Virus record (IMG/VR): IMGVR_UViG_3300042922_000204
From: a virus
DNA length: 38,529 nucleotides
Reading direction: 5' to 3' (one strand)
Shown: in pieces, positions 15,531 through 24,646 of the stretch
How positions within the stretch are numbered: the stretch's first letter is position 1
How the letters are laid out: each line of letters opens with the position of its first letter
Translations under genes and position numbers: made by a program
Notes under the pieces: model-generated
Told to the model about the DNA's origin: nothing
Database searches by the model: none
The model's input: only the letters and a program-made list of their open reading frames with translations

Positions 15531-16124
15531 ATGGCAATTAAAGGATTAAGTACTTTTTTACACGCACCACTAACTAGCGAGGAATTAACTACATATGGAG
15601 CATCAGCTAAACTTAGCGGAGCAATTGAAGCAGCACCGTCAATCAATTACAGTTCCGCAACTATCTACTCGGACAATGTATTGAAACATAAAGATGTGGC
15701 ATTTTCGGATGGAACATTATCGCTGACAGTAGATTATGCGGATAAAGCACTATTGTCACCACTGTATGGCAGAACGGTTGAAGAATCAACGTTTACGCCA
15801 ACTGGAGAAGGCGCGGTTGCAACCCCGGTGTCAAAACATATCTCAAATACCAACGACATTCCAGTGGCGCAAGGATTCGGGTACATAATTAATGATCTGA
15901 ACGTAACTGAGAATAAAAACGTCTACACAGTAAGATTCTTTTACAAAATCGAGTTTTCACCAACAATGGAGACCGTAAGAACAAAAGAAGGTGCAACTAC
16001 TTACGTTTACTCTCAGCTTAATGGAACGATTTATGAGCTACCAAACGGAAACTGGATGGAAGAAGTAGACTTTGACACTCTAGCAGTGGCAATAGAATAT
16101 CTCGAATCTTTATTTGTAGCATAA
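15531..16124 (+). CDS. Major tail protein
   Basis: 197 aa between the neck genes and the chaperone pair. A terminator follows, as for the capsid gene. Confidence 0.75.
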   Translation: MAIKGLSTFLHAPLTSEELTTYGASAKLSGAIEAAPSINYSSATIYSDNVLKHKDVAFSDGTLSLTVDYADKALLSPLYGRTVEESTFTPTGEGAVATPVSKHISNTNDIPVAQGFGYIINDLNVTENKNVYTVRFFYKIEFSPTMETVRTKEGATTYVYSQLNGTIYELPNGNWMEEVDFDTLAVAIEYLESLFVA

Positions 16125-16129
16125 TAACT

Positions 16130-16156
16130 GGCGGATAACCTCCGCCTTATTTTTTT
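16130..16156 (+). terminator. Rho-independent terminator after the major tail gene
   Basis: GGCGGA-taacc-TCCGCC followed by TTATTTTTTT. Confidence 0.75.
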
Positions 16157-16167
16157 AGGAGGCAACA

Positions 16168-16575
16168 ATGAGAATATTAAAACCAGTTGGAGAAGTATTA
16201 GAATTTGACGGTAAAGAAAGACATTTACTGTTTAATGTGAATGTTATAGATCAACTACAAGAGGATTATGACAATGACATTGTCAGCATTATAAATGAAA
16301 TATTTGAATTAGAAGATAAAGAAAAGAAAAAGAAAGCATATGCAATGTTGGCTCACATGCTTACGGTGGTGTTGAATGAAGATGTAAGATTGCACAACAA
16401 ATATAATCCAGATGATAGATGGGAAGATTTGTCTGAGGAATATATAAGAACTGAAATTCTAAGCAATTCAACATCTAAACTAATATCAGCTTTAATGTTG
16501 TTGTCGTTTAACGGTACGATGCCAAAGAGTGACGATACTTCCCCAAACGAAATGAGCGAGCAAACGAAAAAGTAA
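16168..16575 (+). CDS. Tail assembly chaperone (gpG-like)
   Basis: Acidic 135-aa protein immediately upstream of the tape measure gene. Contains the slippery heptamer C_CCA_AAC at 16542-16548. Confidence 0.75.
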   Translation: MRILKPVGEVLEFDGKERHLLFNVNVIDQLQEDYDNDIVSIINEIFELEDKEKKKKAYAMLAHMLTVVLNEDVRLHNKYNPDDRWEDLSEEYIRTEILSNSTSKLISALMLLSFNGTMPKSDDTSPNEMSEQTKK

Positions 16576-16586
16576 ATGTTGCTCGC

Positions 16587-16781
16587 TTGATTTATGTAGG
16601 CAAAATGTTATTAGGATATAAAGAAGAAGAAGTTTGGGAAATGACAATAGGTAAAATAATTACATTATTTAGACAATACAAAGATAATTTCGACTTAGAA
16701 GAAAGTTTAAAAAGAAATAAGCTAGGTTATTCGGATTTAATAATCGAAGGAAAACCAAGAGAAAATATTGTCTCTTTCTAG
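16587..16781 (+). CDS. Tail assembly chaperone extension (gpT-like), expressed as a G-T fusion by -1 frameshift
   Basis: Its frame is -1 relative to 16168..16575 and open from 16533. There is no SD before the track TTG. This is the canonical G/T arrangement. Confidence 0.65.
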   Translation: MIYVGKMLLGYKEEEVWEMTIGKIITLFRQYKDNFDLEESLKRNKLGYSDLIIEGKPRENIVSF

Positions 16782-16784
16782 GAG

Positions 16785-19700
16785 GTGAGAACAATAACTA
16801 AAAAAGGAACGATAGGCGCAGGAATAGCATTAGATGGAGAAAAAGAATTTAGACAAAGCATAACGAATATAAACAAAGATCTAAAAGTACTAAAAAGTGA
16901 AGTGGGTCTAGTGTCAGCTGAATTTGGTGATAACGCAAACTCCATGCAAGCGTTAACTAAAAGAAGTGATGTATTAAGCAAAGAATTTGACACACAAAAA
17001 GATAAAGTTGAAGCACTTAGAAAAGCGTTGGCTAACTCAGAACAACAATACGGAGAGAACGACAACAAGACTAAAGAGTGGCAAGCGTCTTTAAATAAAG
17101 CGGAAACCGAACTTGTAAAACTCGATAGAGAACTCCAAACGAATGACAAATATTTAGAAGAAGCTAAGCAATCTACAGATGGAGTCGCAACATCAATTGA
17201 CCAATATGGTAGACAAGTCAAGCAAAGTACGGTTGAAACAAAATCTTTTAGTGATGAGTTAGACGATGCCAAAAAGGAAACGAAAGACCTTAGCAAAGAG
17301 TTGGATACTGTAAAGGGTGGACTATCTAGCTTTGGCAAAGTAGCGGTGGGTGCGGTTGTTGGCTTGGGTGCTGCACTATATGGAGTCACAGAAAGTACCA
17401 AAGAATTTAGGCAAGATTTCTCTAAACTCGAACAGAATGCTAGAGATGTTGGAACTGGAATCGATGGAGTATCAGGAGAACTCAAAAAACTTGATGCAAT
17501 AACAGGCGAGACAGATGCAAATATAGAAGGTTTATCAAACTTAATGGCTGCCGGATTTAAAGGTGAAGGGCTTACAAAAGCAGTAGAAGCCTTATCTGGT
17601 GCAGTAATAAAATTTCCCGACACGATGAAGATAGAAGGTTTATCCGACGGACTACAAGAAACACTTGCCACAGGGAAAGCAGTTGGAACATTTGGAGAAA
17701 TGCTTGAGAGGTTAGGATATAACTTAGCTGACTTTGACAAAGGGTTAGCAGCTTGTAATGGCGAAGCAGAAAAGCAAGCATATATTTTAGATGTACTTGC
17801 ATCTACTGGACTTGCTGATGTTAATAAGCAATATAGAGAAAATAATAAAGAATTAATTGCTAATGCTGATGCCCAATATGATATGCGTGAAGCAATGTCT
17901 GATATTGCGACTGCGGTTGCACCATCTTTAAATAGAGCCATGCAGAAAGTATCGGATGGAGTTAAAGATTTTAGTGAAGGAACGTTGCCGGTTTTGGTTG
18001 ATGGTCTTGAGTGGGTTATTGATAACTCTGATTTAGTAATAGGTGGTATTGTTGGCATAGCTACTGGACTTGCGGTGTTTAAAGCAGGGGGTGTAATAGT
18101 TGCCGGCATTGAATTAACCCAAGCAGCAATGGCAGCTTATGCAGCAGAAACAACAATAGCGGCCGGAGCAACCGCAGCATTAAATGTTGTACAGTTAGCT
18201 AGTCCTATGGGGTTAGTGGCGGCAGCGGTTGGACTCGCAGTCGGAGGATTGGCAATATATGCACTTAATGCAGATAAATCATCAAGTGCAACTGATGCGT
18301 TAAATGAAAAATCTAAAGCATTGACCGGAACAATTAAAGATAATGTTCAAGCTAGAAAAGACTCTACAAAAGCGGTTGAATCAGAGTACGGTTCCATATC
18401 TATTCTTACTGATGAATTATACAAGTTGGCAGACAAGACCAATAAATCTAACTCTGAAAAGGCTCAGATGGTGTCTATCGTAGGGCAATTAAACGAATTA
18501 ATGCCTGAGTTAAATCTACAAATAGACAAGGAAACTGGACACTTAAATAAAAATCATGGTGAAATTGAAAAAGTAACGAGAGCCAATTTAGAATATTACA
18601 AAGTTAAAGTATCTCAAGAAAAGCTTATTGGTATAACTGAGGATATGGCAAAAGCAGAAATAAATCTAAGCGAGCAAATGGAACGGAAAGGAGAAATCCA
18701 AGATAAACTAAACGCATTAAGCGAGAAGAATTTCCATTTAAGTTCTAGTCAGCGAAAAGATTATAACGATCAGATGGAATCGCTAGACGAACAGATAGCG
18801 AAAACCAAAGGCACAATGAAAGGTCTAGGCGCTGAATTTGACTCAACCTCAAAATATGTAGGCGATAACACAGATAAATTAAATGCCAATGGTGCACAAT
18901 ATGGCGAATTAGGAAGTTCGGCTGAGAGTGCATCCGGTCAAGTAACTGAGTCAGTGAACACAATGTCAGCTGAAACCGCCGAAGCAGTACAATCAATGAG
19001 TGATAGTATATATAACTCAACAGGATTATTTGACGAGTTTTCGAAAAGCACCGATGTATCAAGTGAAACATTAATGGAGAATCTTAGATCTCAAGTAACT
19101 GGGGTTGCAGAGTGGGCTACTAATATTACCGAATTAGCGAAAAAAGGCATAGACGAAGGACTATTGCAAGAGTTAAGAGACATGGGACCCGAAGCATATA
19201 CCGAAATCGCAGCCTTAAATGGAATGACTGGCGAACAACTTACAGAGTATAACCGACTATGGCTAGAGAAAACCGCACAAGCCACAGCTGTAGCAATAGA
19301 GCAAGCTGGATTAACTAAAGATGGGGTAACGACCGAAACTGGACAAATGAGCGAAAATGGCATAGCAGCAGCCGGTGGCATGGCTTTTGGAATGTTGGAA
19401 AAATTACAACAAGGTACTCCGGGAGTTACAGGAGCAGCCGATAATATGAAGATTGGTGTAGATGGCAAGCTTCAACCTTTAGCAGGGATAGGACTAAAAA
19501 CCGGTATGGCAACAGCTACTAATTTAGGTAGTGGAATATCAGTGAATGGTTATCAAGCATCAAACGCAATGGGTACAGTAGTTGGTGATGCAAAAACTGC
19601 TGGTGAAAAGAAATCCACAGGGACTACCTCAATAGGCAAGGCTTTAGTAGATGGAATTTCACTCGGAATAGCGAACAATGGTTTCAATGTGTCGGGTGCA

Positions 19701-20108
19701 TTAGGCGGAATTGTTAGTGGTGCGATGAAGTGGGTTAAAGATAAGTATGGCATTAAATCTCCATCTAGAGTTTTTAGGGATGAAGTTGGAATGATGTTAG
19801 GTGCTGGACTTGCAATAGGGATCGAGAATAGTGCAGCCGATGTTAATAGAGCAATGGGAGTACTTAATAAAGAAATAAGCCTAGACCCTATAAATGCAAG
19901 TGTAAATACATCAATAAATGGATCTTCTAGCACTGGTGGACTTGATCTAGGCAGTTTAGTAAGTGCAATAACTTCGCTAGCCAATAGACCTATTACATTA
20001 AGTATAAATGGTAGAGAATTTGCAACTGCCACATCAGGAGATATGAGTATAGCGTTAAATTCATTAAATAAATCAGGAGCAAGGCAGATGGGGGTGGTAG
20101 TACGATAA
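16785..20108 (+). CDS. Tape measure protein
   Basis: 1107 aa, coiled-coil plus Gly/Ala-rich TM-like segments, after the G/T pair. GTG16785 lies inside the SD GGAGGTGA. ATA16794 (5 nt after the SD) is the likelier start. Confidence 0.9.
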   Translation: MRTITKKGTIGAGIALDGEKEFRQSITNINKDLKVLKSEVGLVSAEFGDNANSMQALTKRSDVLSKEFDTQKDKVEALRKALANSEQQYGENDNKTKEWQASLNKAETELVKLDRELQTNDKYLEEAKQSTDGVATSIDQYGRQVKQSTVETKSFSDELDDAKKETKDLSKELDTVKGGLSSFGKVAVGAVVGLGAALYGVTESTKEFRQDFSKLEQNARDVGTGIDGVSGELKKLDAITGETDANIEGLSNLMAAGFKGEGLTKAVEALSGAVIKFPDTMKIEGLSDGLQETLATGKAVGTFGEMLERLGYNLADFDKGLAACNGEAEKQAYILDVLASTGLADVNKQYRENNKELIANADAQYDMREAMSDIATAVAPSLNRAMQKVSDGVKDFSEGTLPVLVDGLEWVIDNSDLVIGGIVGIATGLAVFKAGGVIVAGIELTQAAMAAYAAETTIAAGATAALNVVQLASPMGLVAAAVGLAVGGLAIYALNADKSSSATDALNEKSKALTGTIKDNVQARKDSTKAVESEYGSISILTDELYKLADKTNKSNSEKAQMVSIVGQLNELMPELNLQIDKETGHLNKNHGEIEKVTRANLEYYKVKVSQEKLIGITEDMAKAEINLSEQMERKGEIQDKLNALSEKNFHLSSSQRKDYNDQMESLDEQIAKTKGTMKGLGAEFDSTSKYVGDNTDKLNANGAQYGELGSSAESASGQVTESVNTMSAETAEAVQSMSDSIYNSTGLFDEFSKSTDVSSETLMENLRSQVTGVAEWATNITELAKKGIDEGLLQELRDMGPEAYTEIAALNGMTGEQLTEYNRLWLEKTAQATAVAIEQAGLTKDGVTTETGQMSENGIAAAGGMAFGMLEKLQQGTPGVTGAADNMKIGVDGKLQPLAGIGLKTGMATATNLGSGISVNGYQASNAMGTVVGDAKTAGEKKSTGTTSIGKALVDGISLGIANNGFNVSGALGGIVSGAMKWVKDKYGIKSPSRVFRDEVGMMLGAGLAIGIENSAADVNRAMGVLNKEISLDPINASVNTSINGSSSTGGLDLGSLVSAITSLANRPITLSINGREFATATSGDMSIALNSLNKSGARQMGVVVR

Positions 20109-20965
20109 CGCTAGATGGATATACATTAAAATACTTTGGACTACATTGTGAAAAGCAAAAAAACCCATTGACTCCTGAATACACTCACAAAACACAAGAT
20201 ATTCCCGGAGTTGGAGTTGTAAATTTTGGGGCAGAAATTAAAGAGAAACCTTTTGAATTTGAAATAAGCACAAAAGGAATAGACAAAATTGATCTTCAGC
20301 ATAAACTAAGAACTTTCATTTCGTTTTTATTTGATGATTTTGGAAAACCAAGAGACATTAAATTGATCTATAATTATGAATCAGACAAGTTTTATACAGT
20401 TAAAGTTATATCTCAGATAGACCCTGATAGGGTACTCCGAACTGGAAAATTTGATTTAAGGTTTGTGGGTTACGATCCTTATGCTCAATCTAATATATTT
20501 GCGGATGAAGTTATGTGGGGCAGTGAGGTTTTAACTTTTCGATCATATTACCTTTTAGGACATTCGATGTCAAGAAATGTTGTGTTGTGGGGTAGTGATG
20601 AATTAACATTCGATGGTGATTATGAAATGGGATATACCGATGCTGTAGGAGCAATAAATGTTACAGGCCAGACCGAACTAGATGTATATGTAGATGGGTT
20701 AGTAGTTAAACCAATTATTGAAATAAGCGGAAGTGCAACAAATTTAGTGATATCAGCAAATGGAAAAACGCTTAACTTCCCTACTTTCAGTAATTCTATT
20801 TGGGATATAGATTGTGAAAATTACACAGTGTTGAAAAACGGAGTCAACACTTTTGAAATAGGTTTGAGAGAATTTATGTTGTTAAAAGGTGCTGGGAAAG
20901 TTGGAATATCAGGAAGTGGTATTGATATTGATATACGAATTAAATACAGAGACAAATACCTATAG
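20105..20965 (+). CDS. Distal tail protein (Dit), probable ATA start
   Basis: The track starts at TTG20168, but the frame is open from 20072. Residues ITLDGYTLKYFGLHCEKQKNPLTPEYTHKTQDIPGVGV form the conserved Dit N-terminus. ATA20105 lies 7 nt after GGGGGTGG and overlaps the TMP stop (ATAA). Confidence 0.7.
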   Translation: MTLDGYTLKYFGLHCEKQKNPLTPEYTHKTQDIPGVGVVNFGAEIKEKPFEFEISTKGIDKIDLQHKLRTFISFLFDDFGKPRDIKLIYNYESDKFYTVKVISQIDPDRVLRTGKFDLRFVGYDPYAQSNIFADEVMWGSEVLTFRSYYLLGHSMSRNVVLWGSDELTFDGDYEMGYTDAVGAINVTGQTELDVYVDGLVVKPIIEISGSATNLVISANGKTLNFPTFSNSIWDIDCENYTVLKNGVNTFEIGLREFMLLKGAGKVGISGSGIDIDIRIKYRDKYL

Positions 20966-20976
20966 GAGGTGGTGAT

Positions 20977-22449
20977 GTGGCAAGTATAATAAATTCAAGC
21001 GACAAACTTAACCAAGGAAGACAAAAGATAAACGCATTCATGGAAGAATTTAATCAAACTGTAATTGATGGTGACAGTTCTGTCGAAGCCGCTCAAGCTA
21101 GGGTTGAAGCAGATGGAACCGTTAACGCAACACTACAAGCTAGATTAAATAAAAAAGATACTGAATTAAACAAGAACACTCTTGATATTAAAGGTAGGGG
21201 CATAAACGTTATGTTCCCTCCAATACCATTAATGCCACCAGCGGCCGATAATATAGCTGACGATTCGGAAATATTTCAAGCTATTATTAATCTAGGAGTT
21301 AAAGTAATTGTACCAGATGGACGGTATCGAATTGCCAATACAGTTATTCTAGGATCGCTTGATTTTGTGGGTTCTGGTCAAAATACAATATTTGATATAG
21401 ATGGTTGTGATGGTTTTAAATTATCGGTATCTACTGGCAGAAAAATAACTGAGATACATTCATTCAGAGTTCTATCATCAAGAGTTAATTGTGACAATTT
21501 CTGTGCTTTTACGTCTGAACAACATCTTACTAATAGAGCACTAGGTTATAATATTCACCACATAGAAATTGGTGGAGAAGGTCGTTTTGGTGCCGGATTT
21601 TTATTTTATGATATGTTTAGGCTTGACATTAGTCACGTGGGGCTAACAGGTGCCATGAATGCTGTAATGCTGGTAGGTCAAATCGTACAAGCTACACTTA
21701 ACGCTATTACATCAAATCTAGATGTAGCAACTAGTGTTACAACGACTATTAACGGAGGTAAGAAATGCGGATTATACGTAGGTGGCAGTAGCCACAATGG
21801 AGTGTACCAAAATCCTGAATCTGTAAAAACTAGAGCCTGTGGGTTCGTCGGCCATGATTACGGAATATATCAAGATGATTGTTTATTTGGTGTATACGAT
21901 GCAATGGATTTGGATTACTGCAAAAAAATTGGTGCATTTATTAACTCAGCTAGTGGAGGGTACATTCTTACAGATACTTGGATTGCTATGGATGGCGCAC
22001 AGGTTTGCTACGGTATTCAAATCGTTACCCCTAATTTTGACCCGCATCCTATCGAGGTAAAAGATAATCATATATCATTCTTTAGTTCTGTTCTTCCTGA
22101 TTCGGTCGGTATATTTGTTTCGGACGCTTCGAATGCCGGCAGAGTAAATGTAAAAATAAAAGACAACACAATAAAAGCACCTGCTAACACTATCAAACAT
22201 GGCATACTTTTTAATAGGACAAAGCAATTTCAATGTAGTGGCAATACTGTATTTCCAGGTTGTTGCACAAATGAAGAAATTTATATGTCATGGGTGGAAA
22301 AGTTTACTTGCGACAAAAATATAGCTAGTAGGTTGTACGTATATAGTGACGCATCATATTACGAGTGTTACGGAAATCACGTTGATACATACAGTTTAAA
22401 TGGCAGTAGCGTAAAACACTTTATAAAAGATGGAGTTATACAGGCTTAA
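20977..22449 (+). CDS. Tail fibre/spike with right-handed beta-helix (pectate-lyase-like depolymerase) domain
   Basis: The N-terminal anchor motif GDSSVEAAQARVEADGTVNATLQARLNKK is shared with the next gene. It is followed by DDSEIFQAIINLGVKVIVPDGRYRI...GSGQNTIF and repetitive beta-helix-like turns. Confidence 0.7.
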   Translation: MASIINSSDKLNQGRQKINAFMEEFNQTVIDGDSSVEAAQARVEADGTVNATLQARLNKKDTELNKNTLDIKGRGINVMFPPIPLMPPAADNIADDSEIFQAIINLGVKVIVPDGRYRIANTVILGSLDFVGSGQNTIFDIDGCDGFKLSVSTGRKITEIHSFRVLSSRVNCDNFCAFTSEQHLTNRALGYNIHHIEIGGEGRFGAGFLFYDMFRLDISHVGLTGAMNAVMLVGQIVQATLNAITSNLDVATSVTTTINGGKKCGLYVGGSSHNGVYQNPESVKTRACGFVGHDYGIYQDDCLFGVYDAMDLDYCKKIGAFINSASGGYILTDTWIAMDGAQVCYGIQIVTPNFDPHPIEVKDNHISFFSSVLPDSVGIFVSDASNAGRVNVKIKDNTIKAPANTIKHGILFNRTKQFQCSGNTVFPGCCTNEEIYMSWVEKFTCDKNIASRLYVYSDASYYECYGNHVDTYSLNGSSVKHFIKDGVIQA

Positions 22450-22461
22450 GGAGGCGATGAA

Positions 22462-24567
22462 ATGGCAGAACTAATAGAGGTAGGCGACAGTCTTAATGAT
22501 GGCAGAGAAAAACTAAACGTCGCAATTTTACAATCAGAAGAAGCATTAACTAAATCTACTATTGCAAGTGATACGGTTGAAGATATAGCAGGCACGGTAC
22601 TTGCATCTGTAGATGAAGCGGTTGCCGAAGCAGTAAGAGTAACCAATGAAGTAATAGTAATATCTAGCGAAGCGCTAGAACAATCAGAAAATACTCAAAC
22701 TCAGTTAAATACAATTGTTATAAATGGTGACTCCTCCGTTGAAGCCGCTCAAGCTAGAGTTGAACAAGACGGTACTGTAAATACTACATTAAAAGCTAGA
22801 TTAGATAAAAAAGAAACTGAGACTGCTGCGCAATTGGCAGAAACTACGCTACAACTTGAAGTAAATTCTAATGCGATTGCAATTAACTCTAATTTAATAC
22901 AAACATCTTTGAGTGGACGTCCAAATGGTGCTTATACCACTTTGGCTTTATTGCAAGCTGCTCATCCTACAGACGATGGAAATATATATGTAGTCGGAAC
23001 AACGACGGGGTATATATATGATTGGATTGATGGTGCTTGGACTAACACGAATGTACAATACGGAGGGACAGTACTTCCTGATAGTGCAGTATCATCTTTT
23101 AATGTAGATAGCTATAATTCCAAAAGTGAGGCGTTTTTAAACAAGTGTGAAGGTAATTTGCATTTAAACTCGTTAACATGGTGGGCAGCATTAAATGGAA
23201 CAAGGGTATTAGATGCACTAGGTATTAAGATTACAACAGATGCTAACGGTATTGGTTATGTATACAATAGTGTCAAAGGAAGTGTTTTTAATTGTGCTGT
23301 TGGAGATAAAATAGTATACATAACTAAGTTTAAAACAGGAGATTACACTGGAAATTTAAAAATAACGAATGCGTTGTATACTACAAGTGTTACCCAGGTA
23401 GTTGATTGTAATATAAATGTTCAACCTAATACTGAGTATTATGCAATTTCAGAATATATATCAAACTTAGCATTTAATGATATCGCAGGTGGTGCAGCGG
23501 TTAAATTTACGAGTGATGGAACAATTGTTGATGTAATTCTTGAGCAACAATTCATTTCGTTTATTGCAAAATCTTCTTACTTTTTTAATTTTAAGTTTGA
23601 TGATGTAAATAATCAAGCACATATTATTAGTTGCAGGGATAAAGCACTATTAAAAACTTTAAATTCATATGATAGTAAAAAATTAGGTGGTAGCACAAAA
23701 GAAGATATAATTGCTGAAGCGGTTGCTGAAGCTACAGGTATGACAACTAAAGATGTGTCTTGTAATGGTGACAGTTTAACCCAAGGAACAGGAAGTCCCT
23801 ACCCATATCCATATGTGTTGGGAACGCTACTTGTTGATAGAATAGTAAATCGTTTTGGAGTAGGTGGTGACGGAAGTTTAAGTGTGGCTTATAGACAAGG
23901 TGGTATGCCTTTATATGTTCAACCATGCACAATTCCTGCTGATACATCGGTAGTGTCTATAGTATTAAAAAACGCTAATGGTGATACCGTCAATTTAAGT
24001 GCTTTGAACGGCTTAATGTTTGGTGTTAATCCTTGTTTTGTTAATGGTATTGAAGGAACATTATCTTATAGTAGCGGAGTGAAATTTACTAGAACAGTGG
24101 CAGGAAGTGCGGTAACAAATACTAGACCAACATTATTTATCACAGAAACAATGAAAAATCATAAAGATGATATTCATGTTATTTGGGCAGGCACGAACGA
24201 TGGAATCACTGTAAATGGAGTAACCGATACATTTAATAACATTGATGCAATGATTGAATCCATTAATCATAGACAATACATTGTGATTGGAATGACAGCT
24301 AAAACCTATATGTCAAACGTGGCAGATATCAACGTATTATTTCGTAAAAAGTACGGTAATCGTTTCTTGGATATAAGACAATATTTACTTAATTATGGAC
24401 TTGCTGATGCAGGGATTACTCCAACTACACAAGATACAACAGACATAGCTAATGGTGAAATCCCTATAAGCTTGAGAAGTGACGCAGTACATCTTAATAC
24501 TGCTGGATATGATATTGTAGCTAAACAAGTTTATGAGTTTGGCAAAGATTTAGGATATTGGAGTTAA
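22462..24567 (+). CDS. Tail fibre with C-terminal SGNH/GDSL esterase domain
   Basis: Has the same N-terminal anchor motif. C-terminal SGNH blocks: CNGDSLTQGTG, IWAGTNDG, DAVHLNTAGYD. Confidence 0.75.
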   Translation: MAELIEVGDSLNDGREKLNVAILQSEEALTKSTIASDTVEDIAGTVLASVDEAVAEAVRVTNEVIVISSEALEQSENTQTQLNTIVINGDSSVEAAQARVEQDGTVNTTLKARLDKKETETAAQLAETTLQLEVNSNAIAINSNLIQTSLSGRPNGAYTTLALLQAAHPTDDGNIYVVGTTTGYIYDWIDGAWTNTNVQYGGTVLPDSAVSSFNVDSYNSKSEAFLNKCEGNLHLNSLTWWAALNGTRVLDALGIKITTDANGIGYVYNSVKGSVFNCAVGDKIVYITKFKTGDYTGNLKITNALYTTSVTQVVDCNINVQPNTEYYAISEYISNLAFNDIAGGAAVKFTSDGTIVDVILEQQFISFIAKSSYFFNFKFDDVNNQAHIISCRDKALLKTLNSYDSKKLGGSTKEDIIAEAVAEATGMTTKDVSCNGDSLTQGTGSPYPYPYVLGTLLVDRIVNRFGVGGDGSLSVAYRQGGMPLYVQPCTIPADTSVVSIVLKNANGDTVNLSALNGLMFGVNPCFVNGIEGTLSYSSGVKFTRTVAGSAVTNTRPTLFITETMKNHKDDIHVIWAGTNDGITVNGVTDTFNNIDAMIESINHRQYIVIGMTAKTYMSNVADINVLFRKKYGNRFLDIRQYLLNYGLADAGITPTTQDTTDIANGEIPISLRSDAVHLNTAGYDIVAKQVYEFGKDLGYWS

Positions 24568-24597
24568 GACATATTAGGAATAAAGTGTGCGGTACTT

Positions 24598-24623
24598 GAG
24601 ATCTCAAAAGAGGTCTCTTTTTA
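24598..24623 (+). terminator. Rho-independent terminator after the fibre genes
   Basis: GAGATCTC-aaaa-GAGGTCTC forms an 8-bp stem with one G-U pair, followed by TTTTTAA. Confidence 0.7.
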
Positions 24624-24646
24624 ATGCAGAAAGGAGGTCTTGACTT

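Noticed and set aside
16778-18109. 443-aa antisense ORF inside the tape measure gene, with further long antisense ORFs at 17572..17802, 18745..19071, 19091..19468, 19553..20032 and 19993..20184
   Set aside because: The products are low-complexity Ser/Pro/Ala-rich translations. They are produced by the codon bias of the Ala/Gly/Glu-rich TMP on the opposite strand. They have no SD and no start context, and lie entirely within a confident gene.
21839-22060. 73-aa same-strand out-of-frame ORF inside the beta-helix fibre gene; similar cases at 37346..37540 and 30260..30442
   Set aside because: Each is fully nested in a confident longer gene, lacks an SD and has no recognisable motif.
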